Below are positions 11,701 to 23,700 of a stretch of 64,000 nucleotides of DNA, piece by piece. The notes under the pieces were generated by a model. The model made no database searches, had not been told where the DNA came from, and saw only the letters and a list, made by a program, of their open reading frames with translations. Within the stretch, counting starts at the first letter, position 1. Every line of letters begins with the position of its first letter. The translations under genes and the position numbers were made by a program. The stretch is taken from the NCBI GenBank assembly GCA_950097015.1, contig CATNEN010000024.1, positions 5,890,001 to 5,954,000 on the forward strand. Direction: 5' to 3'. The DNA is from Macrostomum hystrix (Eukaryota > Animalia > Platyhelminthes).

Positions 11701-14697
11701 GTTGGCCGCGGACGAGGCCGACCGACAACCGACATTGACTGCGGCCAGGAAAGCCAAGGAGGCCAATGAGGTCAGTGACCCCGGGACATGATTCGAGATT
11801 TTGGGGATCGTGTATCGGTTTTTGGTCATTATAAGAGACATGATTTTTCACTAGATATGTTGTTACACTTCATTTGGGATAATTTTCTATTTCAGGATAA
11901 TACGAAGATGAGTCCATTTCTTGAAAAATGTGTCAGATTCGTGGATAATGTGTCAGATTCGTGGAAAATGTGTCAGAGTCGGGGATAAATGTGTCAAAGT
12001 CGGGGAAAATTGTGTCAGATTCGTGGATAATGTGTCAGATTCGTGGATAATGTGTCAGATTCGTGGGAAATGTGTCAGATTCGTGGAAAATGTGTCAGAG
12101 TCGGGGATAAATGTGTCAAAGTCGGGGACAATTGTGTCAGATTCGTGGAAAATGTGTCAGAGTCGGGGATAAATGTGTCAAAGTCGGGGAAAATTGTGTC
12201 AGATTCGTGGATAATGTGTCAGATTCGTGGATAATGTGTCAGATTCGTGGATAATGTGTCAGATTCGTGGGAAATGTGTCAGATTCGTGGATAATGTGTC
12301 AGATTCGTGGATAATGTGTCAGATTCGTGGATAATGTGTCAGATTCGGGGATAATGTGTCAGATTCGTGGATAATGTGTCAGATTCGTGGAAAATGTGTC
12401 AGAGTCAAGGATAAGGTGTAAGATTCCGGGATTATAGGCAAATTTCTGGGAATGTATCGATTTCATTAATAATACTTAAGTGGGTAAAAAACATTGTCTG
12501 CTTTCTGGATAAAGTGTTTCAATGCTTACAGTCAACAGTTCCAATTGTTAGTGTTAAATTGATTGAAAATATTACAATTTAGGGACGTTGCATTTGTCTC
12601 GGCTACTAATGTCAGTAGACTATGTGTAAGCCCATAAATGTACGAGTATAGACATAAAATAATTATCGAAATTACATTACAACTTGTGTCCATATGCATT
12701 GTCGCTAGCAAAGAATGTTCGGCTGCAAAGTTGTACCTCGACCGGTGAGCTACTGCATGGTTTAACAAATCAAATCGTGATAATTATCAATAATTTGTTT
12801 TTTTCCAGGCTCACTTGTTCACGAAATTGCTCATTTTCTATAATTTCACATTCTTATTCTAAAGGCACTTATTCTTGTGTTTACATTGTCAAAATTTTAC
12901 AATTTTCTTTTAAAACTTTTGCTTTGCGGTTTAACTGTTCATTATGGGATTGCGAGAGATTTAGGATCTAGAAGGAATCATTTTGGGATCTAGTAGGAAT
13001 CATTTTGGGATCTAGAAGGAATCATTTTGGGATCTAGAAGGAATCATTTTGGGATCTAGAAGGAATCATTTTGGGATCTAGAAGGAATCATTTTGGGATC
13101 TAGAAGGAATCATTTTGGGATCTGGAATAAAAATTTTTGGGATCTAGGATAAATCATTTTGGGATCTAGAAGGAATCATTTTGGGATCTAGAAGGAATCA
13201 TTTTGGGATCTAGAAGGAATCATTTTGGGATCTAGAAGGAATCATTTTGGGATCTAGAAAGAATCATTTTGGGATCTAGAAGGAATCATTTTGGGATCTG
13301 AAATAAAAATTTTTGGAATCTAGGATAAACCATCTTGGGATCTAGAAGGAATCATTTTAGGATCTAGAAGGAATCATTTTGGGATCTAGAAGGAATCATT
13401 TTGGGATCTAGAAGGAATCATTTTGGGATCTAGAAGGAATCATTTTGGGATCTAGAAGGAATCATTTTGGGATCTAGAAGGAATCATTTTGGGATCTAGA
13501 ATAAATCATTTTGGGATCTACGATAAATCATTTTGGTATCTAGAAGGATTCATTTTGGGATCTAGAAGGAATCATTTTGGGATCTAGAAGGAATCATTTT
13601 GGGATCTAGAAGGAATCATTTTGGGATCTAGAAGGAATCATTTTGGGATCTGAAATAAAAATTTTTGGAATCTAGGATAAATCATCTTAGGATCTAGAAG
13701 GAATCATTTTAGGATCTAGAAGGAATCATTTTGGGATCTAGAAGGAATCATTTTGGGATCTAGAAGGAATCATTTTGGGATCTAGAATAAATCATTTTGG
13801 GATCTACGATAAATCATTTTGGTATCTAGAAGGATTCATTTTGAGATCTAGAAGGAATCATTTTGGGATCTAGAATAAATCATTTTGGGATCTAGAAGGA
13901 ATCATTTTGGGATCTAGAATAAATCATTTTGGGATCTAGAAGGAATCATTTTGGGATCTAGAATAAATCATTTTGGGATCTAGAAGGAATAATTTTGGGA
14001 TCTAGAATAAATCATTTTGGGATCTAGAATAAATCATTTTGGGATCTAGGATAAATCATTTTGGGATCTAGAAGGAATCATTTTAGGATCTAGAAGGAAT
14101 CATTTTGGGATCTAGAAGGAATCATTTTGGGATCTAGGATAAATCATTTTGGGATCTAGAAGGAATCATTTTGGGATCTAGAAGGAATCATTTTGGGATC
14201 TAGAAGGAATCAATTTGGGATCTCGAATAAAAAATTTTGGGATCTAGGATAAATCATCTTGGGATCTAGAAGGAATCATTTTAGGATCTAGAAGGAATCA
14301 TTTTGGGATCTAGAAGGAATCATTTTGGGACCTAAAAGGAATTGTTTAAGGATTTTAATAAATCAAAATTAGGAACTAAAACATCAATGCTCCTTGGCTC
14401 CCAATACCGCTCCAGAAGGCCTTCGCCGAAGTTCACGATCGCATCAACCAGCTGGAGGCCGGCATGCGCTCCGAACTGGCAGCCATCAAGGCGATGCTGC
14501 ACGACGTCGCGATTGTTGTCGCCGGCACCGGCGGCGGGGCCAAAAAAGTCGGCAGCGTCGACGACGATAGCGGCGCCAGAAGTGCCCGACGTCGGAGCAA
14601 GCGAAGTCGCAGACGTGAGGATTCAATAGCGGCTGCGGCATCGAGTGGGATCACACTGGTGGAGCCCGCTGTCCCCAACACAGGCGGTCAGGCTTAG
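2798..14697 (+). CDS. TRP-family cation channel with about 5-6 N-terminal ankyrin repeats (TRPV/TRPA-like), 14 coding exons, start exon not identified
   Basis: Exons 2798-2958, 3517-3803, 3917-4229, 5265-5374, 5452-5613, 6357-6448, 6951-7083, 7180-7257, 8879-9290, 9506-9693, 10177-10292, 11051-11255, 11591-11770, 14416-14697. All introns are GT-AG with matching phases, giving about 905 codons. Ankyrin motifs: GQTVLHEVA, GRTPLHVAA, QTPLFFAA, GRTPLYAAA. Channel motifs: YLDAQW before S1, YFNDAWNYLDW, WVRLLKYVKPFEFFGPFIVML, pore TLFRLTLVDEYDY, S6 FLNLFIAQLSETF. Confidence 0.92.
3006..3476. repeat. 15-bp intronic minisatellite (GAGTGAAGGTGTCAG and variants)
   Basis: About 31 tandem copies fill TRP intron 2959-3516. 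Confidence 0.95.
4235..4520. repeat. About 35-45-bp degenerate intronic minisatellite (GGGATCTGGGATCTGTGGGGATTTTAGTCAGGGTCAGTTGAT)
   Basis: About 6-7 copies begin immediately after the donor at 4230. Confidence 0.85.
5805..6060. repeat. Degenerate repeat of AATGTACATT-like motifs in a TRP intron
   Basis: About ten ATGTAC-centred motifs at irregular spacing; two more near 5100-5125. Confidence 0.55.
7293..8745. repeat. 42-bp intronic minisatellite (GTGAGATGTAGGGAGTCAGGCTGGAAATCTATGGAGCTAGGG)
   Basis: About 34 copies in TRP intron 7258-8878, with one single-base deletion near 8172. Confidence 0.97.
8755..8850. repeat. 21-bp minisatellite (GAGGTGAGAAGTAGACAGACT)
   Basis: About 4.5 copies just before the acceptor at 8878. 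Confidence 0.9.
9760..10115. repeat. 22-bp intronic minisatellite (CACTCTACTGCAATCGATCTGT)
   Basis: About 16 near-perfect copies in TRP intron 9694-10176. Confidence 0.95.
10358..11040. repeat. 13-bp essentially perfect minisatellite (GATCTCCGATCCC)
   Basis: About 52 copies fill TRP intron 10293-11050; the ORF track repeats with a 13-aa (39-nt) period. Confidence 0.98.
11928..12420. repeat. 20-bp intronic minisatellite (GTGTCAGATTCGTGGATAAT)
   Basis: About 24 copies in TRP intron 11771-14415. Confidence 0.93.
12963..14335. repeat. 22-bp intronic minisatellite (GGGATCTAGAAGGAATCATTTT)
   Basis: About 62 copies, the second array in the same TRP intron. Confidence 0.96.
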
Positions 14698-14741
14698 GGA
14701 ATTCAGCAGTGCCCATTGCAGACAAGCTTGGACTTTTCAAG

Positions 14742-15395
14742 CCTCTCGCCCTTCCAATCTCTCGTCCTTCCAATCTCTCGCCCTTCCAATCTCTCGCCCT
14801 TCCAATCTCTCGTCCTTCCAATCTCTCGTCCTTCCAATCTCTCGCCCTTCCAATCTCTCATCCTTCCAATCTCTCGCCCTCCCAATCTCTCGCCCTCCCA
14901 ATCTCTCACCCTCCCAATCTCTCGCCTTGCCAATCTCTCGCCCTCCAAATCTCTCGCCCTCCCAATCTCTCACCCTCCCAATCTCTCGCCTTGCCAATCT
15001 CTCGCCCTCCCAATCTCTCGCCCTCCCAATCTCTCGCCCTTCCAATCTCTCGTCCTTCCAATCTCTCGTCCTTCCAATCTCTCGCCCTTCCAATCTCTCA
15101 TCCTTCCAATCTCTCGCCCTCCCAATCTCTCGCCCTCCCAATCTCTCACCCTCCCAATCTCTCGCCTTGCCAATCTCTCGCCCTCCAAATCTCTCGCCCT
15201 CCCAATCTCTCACCCTCCCAATCTCTCGCCTTGCCAATCTCTCGCCCTCCCAATCTCTCACCCTCCCAATCTCTCGCCTTGCCAATCTCTCGCCCTCCCA
15301 ATCTCTCGCCCTCCCAATCTCTCGCCCTCCCAATCTCTCGCCCTCCCAATCTCTCGCCTTGCCAATCTCTCGCCCTCCCAATCTCTCGCCCCCTC
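14742..15395. repeat. 16-bp pyrimidine-rich minisatellite (CCAATCTCTCGCCCTC)
   Basis: About 40 copies start about 45 nt after the TRP stop codon. Confidence 0.95.
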
Positions 15396-15774
15396 AAATC
15401 TCTACCCCGTGTATCCCATGTGTTTGTACTCCCGAATTCTCGCCCTCTGAGCTTAGCCAGCGAAGCAGATGTAAGTTCATGTCTTGAACATTCGACCGTC
15501 TGGCAAGCACTATAAAATGTCCTTTATTCCATTATAAATAGAGTTTCGTAGTTGTTTTTTCGCAACATAGATATCGATTTGTGTTGCTTACTATAACTGG
15601 AACCTTTTACTTCATAAAAGCTAGCTAATCTTACTACAAATTTATCTTACTTGTTTTTAACGGAAACATGAAAGTAGTTGAAATAATCTTCTTATGTTAT
15701 TCCATGTAACCTTTCTCTTTCGTTTTTAATTTACAGATGAATCACAGTCTATTATAGTTTTTGCTTGTTTTCAC

Positions 15775-17215
15775 TTTGACAGGCGCTATATCCGCCTAAG
15801 TAGCACTATTTGACAGGTGTTATATCTGCCTAATTAGCACCACTTTGAGAGGCGTTGTTCCTCGCCTAATTAGCACCACTTTGACAGGCGTTATATCTGC
15901 CTAATTGGCACCACTTTGAGAGGCGTTGTTCCTCGCCTAATTAGCCCCACTTTGACAGGTGTTATATCTGCCTAATTGGCACCACTTTGACAGGTGTTAT
16001 ATCCGCCTAATTAGCACCACTTTGACAGGTGTTATATCTGCCTAATTGGCACCACTTTGAGAGGCGTTATTGCTCGCCTAATTAGCTCCACTTTGACAGG
16101 TGTTATATCTGCCTAATTGGCACCACTTTGAGAGGCGTTGTTCCTCGCCTAATTAGCCCCACTTTGACAGGTGTTATATCTGCCTAATTGGCACCACTTT
16201 GACAGGTGTTATATCCGCCTAATTAGCACCACTTTGACAGGTGTTATATCTGCCTAATTGGCACCACTTTGACAGGTGTTATATCTGCCTAATTGGCACC
16301 ACTTTGAGAGGCGTTATTCCTCGCCTAATAAGAAGCACTCTGACAGGTGTTATATCCGCCTAATTAGCACCACTTTGACAGGTGTTATATCTGCCTAATT
16401 GGCACCACTTTGAGAGGCGTTATTCCTCGCCTAATAAGAAGCACTCTGACAGGTGTTATATCCGCCTAATTGGCACCACTTTGACAGGTGTTATATCTGC
16501 CTAATTAGCACCACTTTGACAGGTGTTATATCTGCCTAATTGGCACCACTTTGAGAGGCGTTATTCCTCGCCTAATAAGAAGCACTCTGACAGGTGTTAT
16601 ATCCGCCTAATTGGCACCACTTTGACAGGTGTTATATCCGCCTAATTAGCACCACTTCGACAGGTGTTATATCTGCCTAATTGGCACCACTTTGAGAGGC
16701 GTTATTCCTCGCCTAATAAGAAGCACTCTGACAGGTGTTATATCTGCCTAATTGGCACCACTTTGAGAGGCGTTATTCCTCGCCTAATAAGAAGCACTCT
16801 GACAGGTGTTATATCCGCCTAATTGGCACCACTTTGACAGGTGTTATATCTGCCTAATTGGCACCACTTTGAGAGGCGTTATTCCTCGCCTAATAAGAAG
16901 CACTCTGACAGGTGTTATATCCGCCTAATTAGCACCACTTTGACAGGTGTTATATCCGCCTAATTAGCACCACTTCGACAGGTGTTATATCTGCCTAATT
17001 GGCACCACTTTGAGAGGCGTTATTCCTCGCCTAATAAGAAGCACTCTGACAGGTGTTATATCCGCCTAATTGGCACCACTTTGACAGGTGTTATATCTGC
17101 CTAATTGGCACCACTTTGAGAGGCGTTATTCCTCGCCTAATAAGAAGCACTCTGACAGGTGTTATATCCGCCTAATTAGCACCACTTTGAGAGATGCGTT
17201 ATTCCTCGCCTACTT
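15775..17215. repeat. 35/36-bp minisatellite with two interleaved unit types (GACAGGTGTTATATCTGCCTAATTGGCACCACTTT and GAGAGGCGTTATTCCTCGCCTAATAAGAAGCACTCT)
   Basis: About 40 copies, intergenic. Confidence 0.95.
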
Positions 17216-20200
17216 CGATTGGTGTTAACTCCGCCTAATTGGAGCTATTTTGTGGTCTATAAACCTTCAATGACTCAAAGCCCCACTAAGTCCGCCTATC
17301 AGGCTGCAGCACAGAAACTCTTTCAGATAGCAAACAATTATCAAGTGTCTGTGTTCCAATTTTATTTGCTCACAAACTTTTGGAGCAGATTTTTATTTTT
17401 ATAGACAATAACTGACTTTTTTGTATGCTATTATCAGCTATTTAATTACTACGACCTAGTTTGTTTCTTCTTCGTGATTCAGTGACTTTTTTAGACAAAC
17501 CGGTTTAAACTGGTTTTAATGATCCATTATTGTTCTATTCTACACGCATATGCCCAGTGGCGTATGCCAATAACCTGGCCCTTTTTCAAGCTGGCTTCGA
17601 GCCGCAATTTTCAGCCTACAAGTTAATATTCCATATTTCACTTCTTTCTTTAGCCAACTTCAACCTTATTGTATGTGGCTTTTTGCCGGCGAACTTCTAA
17701 TCACTTTTTATTCATAACTATTTTTTTTGCTTTCGATGCAAATGCTTTAAATTTGTTGAATCACAGTGCAATAGAATTTAGCTTCATTTTCTTTACTATA
17801 CTGTTTAATTGCATATATCTATATAATGACTGATAAAAATATTTTACTTTAAGTACAACGACATTTTTTATGAGAAGATTAATAGACTCTGCAGTCTGCA
17901 GTATGTATCAGATGCTGTTTGTCTTAATGTCTGCAAAGTCTTACCTCATGATAGTCATATAATAATTTAAATAGTATCAGTTAATAGCGAAAAAATAATG
18001 TCGTATAAGAACACGAAATGTCTACGTTGTATTTTCTGAGATTCTGTGCGCACATGTGTCTATTAAAATCATCATTAACCTAGCTGGCTTTAATTTGTTT
18101 TACAAGGTTATGAACCGGAATTCGATCAGTATCGGGGGGAAATTAGGAATAAAAATTTAATAAAACCCAGATAAAGATCGGCATTCGAGTGAAGAAACGT
18201 TCTGGAAACTAGACAATTTTCCAGGCAAAAGGATATCTTCTGGTCCGGATCATAGCATGAAACCCGGTAATCTCGACTTGTCACTTTTCATTCTGAATGT
18301 CCAAGTCTAAATTTGGCAAGAAACCTGAGAATATTTAAACGTGATATAATATCTGAAACAAATATTTGTGTTTATAGAAGATCAAGCTATTGAAAATATT
18401 GAAAAGATATTGAAATTTAAAATCTATTAAAATAAGCAAGCGCGACTGCATGTAACGTATAAATTAGACATTGGACTACAGACAGTGAGCTGCTTTTACT
18501 TAGGTACTTAAGTCCTTGGCGTACAGTATGTAACTTTACTTTAGTGAACAAGTAAATTACTTTTATTTACAGTAAGTTTCTGCCTTAAAAATACATAAAT
18601 GGCACTCTGAGGGCCTAGATTGTTGTTATTACCTTTTTGCGATAATTTACTGATAGGATAACTAGTAGGACGACGATTTCCAGAAATCTTCTCTGTTCAT
18701 TGAAGTTTATAGAAAAAAATAAATTGAAACTACCTTAACACCGATCGGTTCTTATTTCTTGTGGTTTTCTGGGTAGTTTTTTACTTTTAACAAAAAGCGC
18801 TTTACTGTGGAGCGCCAGGTACATAACATAAAAACGACACAAGTCCCAAAAATTTTAGTGAATTCCTACATTTAATTACTGTATATACTATTTTTATATC
18901 GACTTATTCATTTGTACTTATTCATTAAATCTCAACAAGTAAACAACAAATAGACTTAAACATTTGTTATAACCATCAAAAAGGATTAGCTCAGGTCGAC
19001 TTTCAAAATTGTTTCTGTACTTCTAGTTATAGAAAAATTGTTTGTACATATCTCTACTTCCGTAGATTGTTTTATTAGATGGGTTCGAATTTATTTAAAT
19101 AAGGAATTTGTTTCTTTCTTATTTTTAAAAATCTCATCATACAAATAAAAAGTCTATCCTACACACTGTCTTACACCATCTAAATTTTTTATGCACTGAA
19201 CATTTGTCTTCGAAATTAGTCTTTGGCTTTGTATAATTTCTAGACTTGTAAATTGGTATTCGAAATTAGGCCTACTTAATATTGATAATCATATTCATAA
19301 AATCATAAAGCAAAAGTGGAATGTCATTGTGAAAGAAAGTTTTCTTTCTGGTGTTACATTCTTTTTAAATACTACTAAACTATGCATCTGGTCTTAGGAA
19401 CAAGAAGTGAAGATATCAGCAAATGAAAAAACAAAATTCTGGATTTACTTAAGCCAGTATCAGCCTGGGCTAAAAACTAGCAATAATAGTCCAAATATCA
19501 TTAATTATACCACTTATTTGTTAAATACATTATTTACAAATAGTCTTAATAGTAAAATACCAATAACAATCTGGCAATCCTCTCGTTTTACATGTTTTGC
19601 TTTATTTTATGAAAGATAACAAATCATTGCCATTGCAAGTAGATATAAAAACTCACACAAGTTTTTGAATGACATAGCAGTGCTTGAAGCAACCCCTCAT
19701 GTCTATGGCCAAAATCCAAGTGAAAGAGAATATTGGGAGAGACTATAGATTCTGTATTCTGTAGTGTGCCACTGTTACCCAAACAATATTTTCTATGTGG
19801 CACACTACTAATGCTGTATAAGCACTTTACTATGACATCTGATTAGCTTTTGGTTATTTATTTAAATTTTTAAATTTTTTACTTTTAATTTTTTAATTTT
19901 AACAATACATTTTAGGGCCTAACTGTCATTACAAATCAAATTAAATTAAATGTATAAAAGTATAGGATTATCAACAATCTTGTCTATATATCTAGCAAGT
20001 TACTGGTATAGGCCCTATAAATTAGGATTTAAAATTTATTATTTTTGACAATATTGGTTGCCTTAAAACTATGCAAATATGTTGTAGGCCATTGCTATAG
20101 TATTGGGGCAATAACTTATGTTATGAGGATGGAAGACTAGATAAAAAACAAAGGCTAAAACATTATGTACATGTATTACAGTTGAGGTTTCTGTTTCATC

Positions 20201-20778
20201 CATGAAGGCGACATGCTTCCAAAAAGCAATATATATCTGTACAACACATTACATTACACAACACATTATGTGATTGTTGTTTGGAAATATATTTTTTTGT
20301 TAGAGTATTAGAAAAAATTCAGTAAAAATGCACAAATAAACATTTAAGATCAACAAATGTTTTCATTTGTTTTGAATCTTTTATTTACACAGAAATTTAG
20401 GATCTAATTTTTTCTAACTCAACATATAATATGTAGGAGCCTATCTGTCTAGCCTTTTGTGCTGATTAGGGGGGGCTTTATTTAGGAAGAATTTATGTAG
20501 AACATACAGGAGTCTTCAATGCCAATATATAAACCTTGGTACTATAGCAATTGTGTGTAAGTTATTGGTACGGTAATGTGGAAATTAGCATGGTAGTGCA
20601 ATACAAAGAAAGTATTTTTTCATTTATTTGTATAAAGCTAATGGCAATGTGCATATGATTTTATATAGCTATATGCTGTATTTTGTCTATTAATGGCAAA
20701 AGTGTTTTGCTAATGACTAGTAAAATTAAAATATTAGCTCTTGCCATTTCAGTGTTACTAAATCCATATAGAAAGGCC

Positions 20779-23700
20779 ATGGCAGAAGCATTTGTCACAC
20801 TAGCTACAAATGATTCATATGCACTTGGTGCTGTTGTGTGGGCCAATTCACTGCGCAATGCCAACACTACTAAACAGATTTGTGTCATGATTACAGAAGG
20901 TGTTAGTCAGCAGCTAAGGTAAGGCAAATGTTATTTTGCCTTATTTCTCCCTGCTTTGGCATTGCAATGATGCATTATCCACATTACCTGTACCATATCC
21001 CACTCTGCTAGGCAAGCTCTGACAAGTGTGGCTGACCAGGTGGAGCTAGTTCAGCCTCTAGACAGCAGCGATCCGGCTAATCTAGCTCTACTGGGCCGGC
21101 CAAATCTTGGCTGCACCTTCACCAAGCTGCACTGCTGGCGCCTGACCTGCTACACTAAGGCTGTGTTCATGGACTCGGACACTCTTGTCCTTGCCAACAT
21201 TGACGACCTATTCGAGCGGGAGGAACTGTCCGCTGCCCCGGATCCTGGCTGGCCTGATTGTTTCAACTCCGGCGTGTTTGTCTATCGACCTAGCGAGGAC
21301 ACCTACAGGTGTGCACAAGTGTCTGAGTATCCTGAAGACCCGCTTATCATTTCAAGTGGACCGCAGCCAGGTCATCGTATATAATATAGACAGGCTCAAT
21401 GCACGTTCTAAATAAAAGTACTTTATCTTAAGTAAATTACGAGGCTACTGATCACGAGGTGACAATTTATTTGTGTGACGATCTGCGGCGACTGTAAAGG
21501 TGCAAAACTGCATTAAAAATGATTACGAAAAAAATAATAAAATACATAACTAGGCTACAAATATAAATATTTCACCGAAGTCTGCTGACTGCATTCGTCA
21601 ACAATACAGGTCGTGTCGCACGTGGACACCAATTAAAGAAAAGGTCGAAAGCGCGAGGTTTTAAGGAAGATTTGCCGTGTTTGTTAACATTAGACAGCAT
21701 ATTTTTATGTATTTAAGAAAGACGGGAGCAGATCAGTTGAATGAAGTGTCATTGTACCTCACTAACATAATTTATGTTATTGAGGATTTTGTTAATCTCA
21801 CCAATGGAAGCTAAGCCCAATAAATCGGAAAATCAAAGCAGAATATTTGCTTATGTATCTTGTCCGCCTTGAATTTACGCCTCTTCCGCCACCAAACATG
21901 CCGCCAGGCGCCTGCTCGAATTCTCCCGCACCTGCACCAGCTTCGACGGCGCCGATCAGGGCCTATTGAACTTATTTTTCAACGACTGGGCCACTAAAGA
22001 CATCTCCAAGCACCTGCCGTTCACTTACAACTGCGTGTCGCAGGCCTTCTATTCCTACCTGCCGGCGTTTCGTCATTTCCGTCGCGACATCAAGGTGGCC
22101 CACTTCATTGGCGATGTAAAGCCCTGGCATCACGCCTACAATAGCGCCACAGGCCAGGTGGAGCCTCGCGAGGGCACCGGTCATCAGGCCGAGTTTTTGC
22201 AGCTCTGGTGGGATATCTATGTGACCCAGGTGCACCCGAAACTGCCTGCCGGAGCTGTGAGTACACACCAATCTCTCTGGTGTCCTTAAGCAATTTAATT
22301 GCTGTCTCGATTGTTTTGATTTTTTATTTAATATAAAATTATAGTTACACCTAGGAAGTATCTTTATCGTAATATAAGTTAACTATTTCACTATTTTTAC
22401 TATTTTTCAGTATATTTTTACAATTTCTAAAGAAAGTTAACCTATAAATTTATTTATATAACATAAAATGCGCATTTTAGCCAGCTTCCAGTGATCAGGT
22501 AAGTTTAGATGAGTCCTGCGAGTTATCGACTAAAAGAAATTAATTGTCGTATAATGTCCGATTCTGTACTCGACAGCACAATGCACCGGTGTTTAATAAA
22601 CTCAAATGGCACTGCTCACATTCAAAATTGTTATATATTATTTTTTATGTAGTAAATTGATTTATCACCAGGTATTATCTACGATTCCTTAGCCTGATTT
22701 GATTAAACTAAACTGATTTGATGTAGTTAATGGAATGATTATTAATTATATATGCACAATGATCTACAATGATTGCGTCACCGTAGTGTGTGATACTGTC
22801 TTTTAGTCCTGCTTCTCGAAGCTATATTTCAGAATATATACTATGGGAAAGAGTGGAAGGGAGAAACATTAAAAAGCGTTGCCAAATTCTTCCCCGTACA
22901 AGAGAGCCTGCGCAGCGGATACAATAGGGAGTTTCGGGTTTAGAAGGCCGACCGGCCAGAATGAAAATTCTGGGCGGCTGTAGAGTGTTTAGAGACTAGT
23001 TTTTGTTCGATCTAGGATAGGAAAATTCTTGTCTGTACATTAGTTTTCTCCTAGCCTATTGGCTAGTTGAAGCAGGGGGGGGTCAAAAACAGCGGCTGAG
23101 GGTGTTTTCTCGACAATGGTCTTCTGCCAGTCGGTTGTTGTACTTCTGTCGCTTCGTATGGTACAGAAGTATTGATTCGGAATTCCATTCGTAGTGTAGT
23201 TGGTCTGGCGCCGGTTTCAGCTAAGAAAAGTACATTTTTGTTGATTTGCGAGTCTTTTGATTTTAGCTTTGACCTTCTTCAGATCTCGTTCATTTTGTGA
23301 ACTGACTTAGAACTAAGCAGCGATATCGGTGTCGGCTTATCTTTACATACTTTGTGTTACGTTGCATTCTGTTTTGTGATTTTGAGTCTTCAGATTTCGG
23401 GGATTATTTTCTCTAAGCTTCTACATTAGGAAGCACAACAGCAAAATTACTTTGTGTTCTTTTTTCTTATACATTTTAATTGATAATGCGGGATTCGCAT
23501 TCTTCCCCAATTGATCTCAATTACCGCGTTATCAAAATGAGTTTATTACATTCTACAAAACGAACAACAAACAAACAAAAAACGATACAAAAATGCAGCG
23601 TTTGCTTGACGACAGCGCCGAACTAGTTGAATCGGCTCGACAGCGTCGCCGAATTCTCGCCATTACCGGCGACACTCGCCGTCTAGTGCGTAGGCGTCAG

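Noticed and set aside
17400-20650. Genes or transposons in the AT-rich interval before glycogenin
   Set aside because: Only short AT-rich ORFs and an isolated CAGTGGCGTA terminus-like word near 17556; no paired TIRs or coding signal.
23040-23340. Possible small minus-strand exons nested in the glycogenin intron
   Set aside because: Short frames with weak splice signals that could not be joined into a coherent product.
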